From positions 1-21,351 of the forward strand of contig JANLOX010000295.1 of assembly GCA_031366795.1 (NCBI GenBank): a DNA stretch of 21,351 bases, given 5' to 3'. The position numbers were made by a program, and so were the translations under genes. Positions 15,384 through 21,351 of the stretch are shown piece by piece (positions within the stretch are counted from its first letter, which is position 1; every line of letters starts with the position of its first letter). The notes under the pieces are model-generated. The model was not told where the DNA came from. It saw only the letters and a list, made by a program, of their open reading frames with translations, and ran no database searches. The stretch comes from Candidatus Eiseniibacteriota bacterium (GTDB lineage: Bacteria; Eisenbacteria; RBG-16-71-46).

Positions 15384-18300
15384 CCGCCGATATTGACCGT
15401 CTTATAGGGACCTGGCTTCGGCTCGCGCAGGTCGGGACGCAGGACATCGATGCGCACCGTCCTCTTCTTCTGCTCGAGCCATTCGTTCATACGGTTGACG
15501 ACCATCTCCTGCTGCACCTGGTCCTTCTCCGTCTTGAACTTGCTCGCATCCGCCGGGACGCGCGCATCCATCCGCACCCACATGACGCCCTGCGGCGTCG
15601 ACAGCGTGTCGCTGACTTCGCCGCGCTTGAGCTTCAAGATCTTCGGCATGATGTGCGGCCCGAAGCCCAGCGTCGGCACGAAGGCGGCGTTTGCCGTCAC
15701 CGGGTTCGCTTCCTTGAGGCCCCCGAGCGGCGCCGCCACCGTATCGGCCGGCGTGCCCGCGGCCAGCGCGGCCCGGACGGCCGCGATCTTCTCGGCCATC
15801 TTCTGCTTCTTGCGCTCGGCCTTCATGTCTTCGACGACCTGCGTCTTGACCTCATCGAACTCCGCGGTCTTGACCGGCGTCTTCTCGCGCAGCCGGATGA
15901 GCACGTACTGGTCCGCGGCGCGGTACACCGTGCCCGACCAATGGCCGGCCGCCAGCTTCGGCAGGTCGGCGCTCAATCCCTGCAGGAACCCGAAATCGGG
16001 CACCGCCTCGCTGACGCCAAACGTCGCGGTGCTCACCACGCCACCATAGGGCTTCGTGAGGAGTGCCACGGCACCGCCGGCCGCCAGCTTGCGGCGCAGC
16101 GCTCGCGCGGCACGCAACGCGTTCGAATCGGCGCGCGCCTGCGCCATCTCGGTGCGCAACTCGGCGCGCACCTCGTCGAACGCGCGCAGGCCCGCGGGCT
16201 TGCGTTCCTCGAGCCGGATGATGTGGTAGCCGAATTGCGTCTGCACCACGCCGCTCACCTCGCCCGGCTTGAGCGCGAAGGCGACCTGCTCGAACTCCTT
16301 CACCATGCGGCCACGGCCGAAGAAGCCCAGGTCGCCACCACTCTGCGAGGCCCCCGGCTCCTGCGAGAACCGCCGGCACAAGTCGACGAATTCGGCGCCC
16401 CCCCGAATGGCCTTGAGCAGCGAGTCCGCGCGCACCTTGGCGTTCGCCATCTGCGCCGGGTTCAGGCCCTGCGTCATGATCAACAGGTGCCGCGCGTGGA
16501 CTTCTTCCTCCTGGCGGTAACGGTCCTTATGCGCGTTGTAGCCCGCCAGCAGATCGGCATCGGGAATTTTCACCGAGTCGGCGGCGGCGATGCGCACCCG
16601 CACGCCATCGACGGCGTACTTGACCGGCGCCTTGTACTGGGTGCGCCGCGGCGCGAAGAACACCTGCGCCGCGGTCTCGTCCTTCTGCCGCTCCTGCTCG
16701 CGGTAGGCGGCATCCACCTTGTTGCGCACCAGATCGAACGGCGGCGCGAACGCCGTGTCCGCGGCATCGACACGCCACACCACGTAGCGGCCCGAGAACG
16801 CGGACGGGCCCTGCACTCGCCCTAAGTCCCGCGTGGAATTGCGGTAGTACTGCTCGACCATGGGGTTCGTGAACAGCGAATCGTTCGTCGCGTTCTGCAC
16901 AAACGTCAATGTCTCGGCCGCGGCCCCGGCCGCGCGCGCCGCGCCGCGCCAGTCCGTGGACGTCTGGAGCGCCACCGCCCGTTTGCCCAACAACACAACG
17001 ATATGCTTGGGGCGAAGCAACTTCATGGCGCGAGGCTTCACCAACGCGCGCAAGGAATCGACCAACGGCGGCGGGGACTTCTTGAGCGTGTCGCGGATCA
17101 TCAGGAAGTGCCGCCAGTTCTCGGCGTACCAGCGCTCGATATCGACGGACGTCGGCGGGCGCGTCTGGAACGCGTCGTCCGCCAGCGTGATGCGCGACAT
17201 CGTCATGCGCCGGGTGACGAAGCGCTCGGGGTGGCCCGCGAAATACGCGCGGCGCTCATCTTCCGCCGCGGTGCGGCGCTTCTCGTTATCCGCCTGGCGG
17301 CGCACGTCACCGAGCACTTCCGCCAACGGCGGCAGGTGCTTGGGCTCACGTCCCGTGATCACCCCCGCGATCACCGCATCGCGCGTGCTGACAGGGCCGA
17401 TCTTGCGCACCGAGGTCACGCTGTCGGCGCGGCCCAGCTCGCCCTGCAGTTCGGGCGCGAAGCCGATCCCCGGAATATTCCCCGCAAGCGGCTCGAACAG
17501 GCCGGTGTCGAGCAGGCGCGCCGAGCTGTCGGGCAGCGTCTTGTGCTCGATCGAGTCGAGCACGGCTTTCGCCTGCGCCAACGCCAGCGGCTCGGCGGCC
17601 GCGCGCGTGGAGTCCCCCACCGCGGGCAGGGCAATGCGCACGTAGCGCAGCCGCACGCGTGTGCGGCGCGTGAACGCGTCTGGATGCGCGTGGTAGTAAG
17701 CGTCCCAGTCCTGCGGCGTCGACTCGGGGTCGAGCGTGACGTCACGCTGCAGGATCGCGAACGAATGGAACTTTACCTGGTCGTTGCGCTTGGCCCACTC
17801 CTCGCGCACCGCGGCGGGCGTCGGGTTCATCTGCTGGCGCAACCGCCGGTCGAGCACGTCCATCGCTGCCAACTCGGTGAGCTCGGGCAGCATCGTCACG
17901 TAGTTCGACTGCGGGCTTGTCTTGTAGAGGCTGAACCTGGCGCGGTCGAACACACCGTTGGTGTAGAAGTAGGGATCGCGCGCCAGCACCGTGTCGACGT
18001 CACCCGGCGAGGGCGCGATCTTCATGCGCCGCGCTTCAGTGCGCAGCAGTTCGCGCCGCAGCAGCTCGTCAAGCACATTGTGGTTGGCGATCTTGACGAT
18101 GTCGCCCTCGAAGCCCGAGCCGAACTGCGCGCGCATGCGCCCGAAGTACGGAATCGCGACGCGATCGAAATCCGCCTGCGTCAGCGGACGCCCTTCGATT
18201 CGCGCGATCACCGGCGAGGCCGTGGCCGGCGTCGCTGTCGCCGTTGTCGTTGCCACCTGGCGCCTGGACGGCGCAGGCGTCGAGGGGACGCGATTGGCGG

Positions 18301-18442
18301 GAGGCTGGGGTTGGCTGGGTTGCGCCTGCTGGGGCTGTTGCCAGAACGGCGTCTGCGCAAACGTCGCGCCGGCGGCCAGCAAGAGTGCGACGAACAGCGC
18401 AACGGCGACGGAGCTGCGACCGGTCAAGCGGAATGAGGTCAT
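15380..18442 (-). CDS. Large exported SurA/PpiD-like chaperone with a PpiC (parvulin) rotamase domain, 1020 aa
   Basis: Signal peptide (VAVALFVALLLAAGATFA|Q), Q/P/T-rich linker, SurA-N-like 'VIARIEGRPLT...LDELLRRELLRTEARRMKI', parvulin motifs HARHLLI, FSQEPG, GGDLGFF, MVKEFEQVAF, QTQFGYHII (~16210-16510). Its stop overlaps the convergent ABC gene stop (TTAA). Confidence 0.88.
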   Translation of the reverse strand: MTSFRLTGRSSVAVALFVALLLAAGATFAQTPFWQQPQQAQPSQPQPPANRVPSTPAPSRRQVATTTATATPATASPVIARIEGRPLTQADFDRVAIPYFGRMRAQFGSGFEGDIVKIANHNVLDELLRRELLRTEARRMKIAPSPGDVDTVLARDPYFYTNGVFDRARFSLYKTSPQSNYVTMLPELTELAAMDVLDRRLRQQMNPTPAAVREEWAKRNDQVKFHSFAILQRDVTLDPESTPQDWDAYYHAHPDAFTRRTRVRLRYVRIALPAVGDSTRAAAEPLALAQAKAVLDSIEHKTLPDSSARLLDTGLFEPLAGNIPGIGFAPELQGELGRADSVTSVRKIGPVSTRDAVIAGVITGREPKHLPPLAEVLGDVRRQADNEKRRTAAEDERRAYFAGHPERFVTRRMTMSRITLADDAFQTRPPTSVDIERWYAENWRHFLMIRDTLKKSPPPLVDSLRALVKPRAMKLLRPKHIVVLLGKRAVALQTSTDWRGAARAAGAAAETLTFVQNATNDSLFTNPMVEQYYRNSTRDLGRVQGPSAFSGRYVVWRVDAADTAFAPPFDLVRNKVDAAYREQERQKDETAAQVFFAPRRTQYKAPVKYAVDGVRVRIAAADSVKIPDADLLAGYNAHKDRYRQEEEVHARHLLIMTQGLNPAQMANAKVRADSLLKAIRGGAEFVDLCRRFSQEPGASQSGGDLGFFGRGRMVKEFEQVAFALKPGEVSGVVQTQFGYHIIRLEERKPAGLRAFDEVRAELRTEMAQARADSNALRAARALRRKLAAGGAVALLTKPYGGVVSTATFGVSEAVPDFGFLQGLSADLPKLAAGHWSGTVYRAADQYVLIRLREKTPVKTAEFDEVKTQVVEDMKAERKKQKMAEKIAAVRAALAAGTPADTVAAPLGGLKEANPVTANAAFVPTLGFGPHIMPKILKLKRGEVSDTLSTPQGVMWVRMDARVPADASKFKTEKDQVQQEMVVNRMNEWLEQKKRTVRIDVLRPDLREPKPGPYKTVNIGG

Positions 18443-18646
18443 GGCGGTTCAGGATTCCAGGGGCATGATTCGGGGATGACTATCATGCAGCCAGGAAGGC
18501 CGCTTGCACGGCGAACGCCTTCGCAGGCCGCGTGGAACTGGCGTGCGAGCCTAGCATCGGCCTGAGGCTCGAGACAATTCAGCGCAGCGCGGGCGGGCGG
18601 CCCATCGGATGGCGTTCGCAGGCCACGCGGCGTGGATCGTTCGGAG

Positions 18647-19243
18647 CTAGAACACCACCCCGACAGTGAGCGGTGCCGCGCGAACGGCGTCACTGGCCGC
18701 ACTCCCGGACGGCGGCATGATGTGGTCCACGCCACCTTCCGCATAGAGCAGCAGCGAACCGAACGTCAGCAGCACGCCGGCGCCGCCGCGTACGCCGAAG
18801 CGCGTTTCACTTTGCGCGGCAAGCGCTTGGGCGTCGTATTCGGTGCGCACAGCGTACGCTCCGGCCCCCGCCAGCAGGTAGGGACGAATCTTCCCCGGCC
18901 GCAGGTAGAACTGCGCCGAGCCGATTCCGCCCAACAATGTCCCAGTGCCGCCACCGGACTGGCCGAGGGCAGGAATCTGGCCCGGTTGCAGCTCGAAGTT
19001 CTGGTAGGAAAAATCAGCGCGAACAGCCCAGGGCACCCGGCCGAAATCGAGGCGAACGAAAGCTCCCCCATTGAACCCGTTGCGGTAGACGTGGCGCGCA
19101 GCGCTGAAGGGAACGCTGACGCCCCCGCCGATGCCGAAGCTGATCGCGCGCACATCGACAGCCTGGGCGCCCGCGACGCCCAACGGAATGGCGAACCATG
19201 CGGCCAGCAGCAGCGCGAGTCGTGTGGTGGGCTTGAGGGCCAT
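18647..19243 (-). CDS. Outer-membrane beta-barrel protein (small, OmpA/OmpW-like size), ~198 aa
   Basis: Signal peptide (RLALLLAAWFAIPLGVAGAQA), alternating Gly/aromatic strands, 'IRPYLLAGAGAY', 'FGVRGGAGV', C-terminal Phe (beta-signal); GGAG RBS before ATG 19243. Confidence 0.75.
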   Translation of the reverse strand: MALKPTTRLALLLAAWFAIPLGVAGAQAVDVRAISFGIGGGVSVPFSAARHVYRNGFNGGAFVRLDFGRVPWAVRADFSYQNFELQPGQIPALGQSGGGTGTLLGGIGSAQFYLRPGKIRPYLLAGAGAYAVRTEYDAQALAAQSETRFGVRGGAGVLLTFGSLLLYAEGGVDHIMPPSGSAASDAVRAAPLTVGVVF

Positions 19244-19388
19244 CGTGGCTCCGGACCATTCGTGGACTTGCAGGGCGGCGCGCCCGTGCGGCGCACGCGC
19301 GACCTTAAAGGAGCCGGCGCACCCCGACAATCGCGGGGCCAGCGCTGGTTAAGGCTCCGCCCGAGGCTTCGCATCGTCCACGGAATGA

Positions 19389-19397
19389 TGGTATTTT
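19389..19397 (+). promoter_or_regulatory. Putative extended -10 element upstream of the cyclophilin gene
   Basis: TG-G-TATTTT about 65 bp upstream of GTG 19461, an AT-rich patch in the divergent gap. Confidence 0.3.
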
Positions 19398-19460
19398 CAC
19401 GCATCTTGCCGACGCTGGCCCTGGGCACTCCGGCCGGCCCACCCACGAAAGGTCTTCCGC

Positions 19461-20033
19461 GTGCAAACAATCGAACAGCAGATCGCGAACGCGAAGGTGG
19501 ATCGCTCCAACCCGAACTGGCGCACCCGGCTGCAAAAGCCAACGCTGGCGACGTTTGATCCCGCACGCCGCCTGTTCGCGGTGATGAAGACGAACAAAGG
19601 CACGGTCGGGATCCGGCTGTTCACCGAGACGGCCCCGATGCATGTCACGAGCTTCGCCTACCTCGTTGGGCTCGGTTTCTATGATGGGCTGGCCTTCCAT
19701 CGCATCATCGACGGATTCATGGCCCAAGGCGGCTGTCCGCTCGGCACGGGCGTCGGTGGGCCTGGCTACAAGATGGACGGCGAGTACACGGCGTCGGTTC
19801 GCCACGACAAGCCGGGAATGCTTTCGGCGGCCAATGCCGGGCCGGGAACGGATGGCAGCCAGTTCTTCCTGACCTTCGTCCCCACGCCGTGGCTCGACGG
19901 CAAGCACACCCTTTACGGCCAGGTCGAGGAGGGCCTCGAGGTGCTCGAAGCACTCGAGGCGGCGGGATCTGCAGAGGGCCGTCCGCGTACGCCGGTCAAG
20001 ATCGAAAGCGTGACCATCGAGGAACGGGCATGA
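19461..20033 (+). CDS. Cyclophilin-type peptidyl-prolyl cis-trans isomerase, 190 aa
   Basis: FYDGLAFHRIIDGFMAQGGCP, GTGVGGPGY, SAANAGPGTDGSQFFLT, PWLDGKHTLYGQV; GAAAGG RBS before GTG. Confidence 0.95.
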   Translation: MQTIEQQIANAKVDRSNPNWRTRLQKPTLATFDPARRLFAVMKTNKGTVGIRLFTETAPMHVTSFAYLVGLGFYDGLAFHRIIDGFMAQGGCPLGTGVGGPGYKMDGEYTASVRHDKPGMLSAANAGPGTDGSQFFLTFVPTPWLDGKHTLYGQVEEGLEVLEALEAAGSAEGRPRTPVKIESVTIEERA

Positions 20034-20602
20034 AACGGTACACCTTTCGGGCTGCCCTGCTGCTATTCGCCACGCTGGCCCTGGCACCCGCGACGGCGCG
20101 CGCCCAGGATGAAACCTCCAGCATGCTCGGCCGCTTCAACTACGAATTCTCCGCTGGCGTCATGCAGGGCGTTGGGCCGCAGGGCAACGCGCTCAGACGC
20201 GGCCCGGCGATCAGCTTCAACGTGCATGGGGAATCGGCGATCGGCATGCAGTTGGGCGTCGAAGGCACCTATGCTTCGAGCGACGACTTCTTCAAGACGC
20301 GCTTCCTCTCGCTCGGCGGCATCGCCCGCCTGAGCCCGATGCCCGAGGACTACAAGGTCTACGTGCAACTCGGCGCCGCGCTCTACAACGTTTCTTACGG
20401 CAACAACGACCCCGGCGTGGTTTCGCCGGGCAACCGCACCCGACCCGGTGGCGGCTTCGGCCTCGGCTTCGATGTGGTCCAGTCCGATCACTACAACGTG
20501 GGAGCCTTGCTCAACTACAGCGGCGTCGTGCTGGCGCGCAGTGCGGCGCGCTCGTACATCACGGCCGCTATCACCCTCACGTTCAAGCCCTCGGGGTACT
20601 AG
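20030..20602 (+). CDS. Putative outer-membrane beta-barrel protein, ~190 aa
   Basis: Signal peptide MKRYTFRAALLLFATLALAPATARA|Q; amphipathic strands (KVYVQLGAALY, PGGGFGLGFDV, YITAAITLTF); ATG overlaps the cyclophilin stop (ATGA). Confidence 0.7.
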   Translation: MKRYTFRAALLLFATLALAPATARAQDETSSMLGRFNYEFSAGVMQGVGPQGNALRRGPAISFNVHGESAIGMQLGVEGTYASSDDFFKTRFLSLGGIARLSPMPEDYKVYVQLGAALYNVSYGNNDPGVVSPGNRTRPGGGFGLGFDVVQSDHYNVGALLNYSGVVLARSAARSYITAAITLTFKPSGY

Positions 20603-20627
20603 CCCCGCCGGGCCTCAGGGCGAAGCG

Positions 20628-20660
20628 ACGCGGCGTTCCGCAACCCGGGACGCCGCGTTT
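20628..20660 (+). terminator. Probable intrinsic (possibly bidirectional) terminator
   Basis: 13-bp stem ACGCGGCGTTCCG (20628-20640) / CGGGACGCCGCGT (20646-20658) with one G-U pair and a 5-nt loop, followed by TTCTATT, between convergent genes. Confidence 0.65.
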
Positions 20661-21350
20661 CTATTGGAGCCCGACGACGCACGCCAGCCAGCCGTGCTGG
20701 TTCTCGAATCGGGTGCGCGGCCGGAAGGTGTCATCCGGCCGGTCGAGCGCATTGTCCCAACCCTCGATGTAGAAGTGCACTTCCTTGAAGCCGGCCTCGA
20801 GCATCGCGTCCTTGATCTCAGGGAGCGTCCACAGCCGCCAGTCATATTCGAAGGCGTGCTTCATCTGGGTCTTGTCGCGGAAGCGGAAGTGGATCGCGCA
20901 GGTCAGGTGATGATCGATCGGGTTGAAGGTCAACTGCTCCCAGATGTAGGTGAAGGGCGGCACGCGGTCGCCTTCGGCGCTCTGCGTGCCCGGGATGCGT
21001 GTGCGCTCGGTGAGCGGCTTCTCGGCGCCGGTGCCGCCGAAGGCATTGGCCACGAACACGCCGTCCTTACGCATTGAGCGCCGCACGCTCTTGAAGTAGG
21101 CGAGCAGGTCGCGCCGCTCGTGAAACACCCAGTACGAGAAGTTCATGGCGCACACGAAGTCGACCTGGGGCGCCTTCACCCTGCGCACGTCCGCCTGGAT
21201 CAGGTGCAGCCGGCTGGCGTTGCGGCGCATGCGCGGCACGCGATGCGCGCGCGTCCAGTCGAGCACTTCGCGCTCGATGTCCACGCCCCACGCCTCGTTC
21301 TCGGGGCGCCGGCGTACCCACGCGCAGGCCAGGGCCGCGGTGCCGCAGAA
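20661..21350 (-). CDS. Class I SAM-dependent methyltransferase, 5' truncated by the window edge
   Basis: Frame is open to the edge: ...FCGTAALACAW...WGVDIE (motifs I and II), IQADV, DFVCAMNFSYWVF, YFKSVRRSMRKDGVFV. Confidence 0.8.
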   Translation of the reverse strand, partial: FCGTAALACAWVRRRPENEAWGVDIEREVLDWTRAHRVPRMRRNASRLHLIQADVRRVKAPQVDFVCAMNFSYWVFHERRDLLAYFKSVRRSMRKDGVFVANAFGGTGAEKPLTERTRIPGTQSAEGDRVPPFTYIWEQLTFNPIDHHLTCAIHFRFRDKTQMKHAFEYDWRLWTLPEIKDAMLEAGFKEVHFYIEGWDNALDRPDDTFRPRTRFENQHGWLACVVGLQ

Positions 21351-21351
21351 G

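Noticed and set aside
19385..19460. Out-of-frame MMVFSRILPTLALG peptide as a frameshifted signal peptide for the cyclophilin
   Set aside because: Hydrophobic core too weak, no slippery site seen, and GTG 19461 has its own RBS.
1..21351. CRISPR arrays, tRNA/rRNA genes, transposases, integrases or defence systems
   Set aside because: No regularly spaced repeats, cloverleaf patterns or mobile-element motifs were seen; intergenic gaps are short.

Overview
High-GC bacterial chromosomal window from a diderm organism (outer-membrane beta-barrels are present). Left to right: priA (-); a divergent four-gene type IV minor-pilin cassette (+) made of FimT/GspH-like, PilV-like, a giant 990-aa PilW-like and a PilX-like gene; a convergent three-gene c-di-GMP/two-component operon (-) with REC-GGDEF(GGDDF), a GAF-HisKA-HATPase-GAF-HD-GYP hybrid and a stand-alone REC, preceded by a consensus sigma54 promoter; cutA-tsaD (-); an orphan CUT2-type ABC ATPase (+); a 1020-aa SurA/PpiD-like parvulin chaperone (-); two small outer-membrane beta-barrel proteins; a cyclophilin; and a truncated SAM-dependent methyltransferase. 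Two candidates stand out as possibly undescribed systems. (1) The PilW-like pilin is fused to three SdrD-B/Cna-B-like repeats and a seven-bladed FG-GAP beta-propeller, in a cassette with no pilY1, which suggests a pilin-borne tip adhesin. (2) The histidine kinase is fused to an apparently degenerate HD-GYP domain and is translationally coupled to a non-canonical diguanylate cyclase. No rRNA, tRNA, CRISPR array or mobile element was recognised. All calls come from reading motifs by eye; no database search was run.
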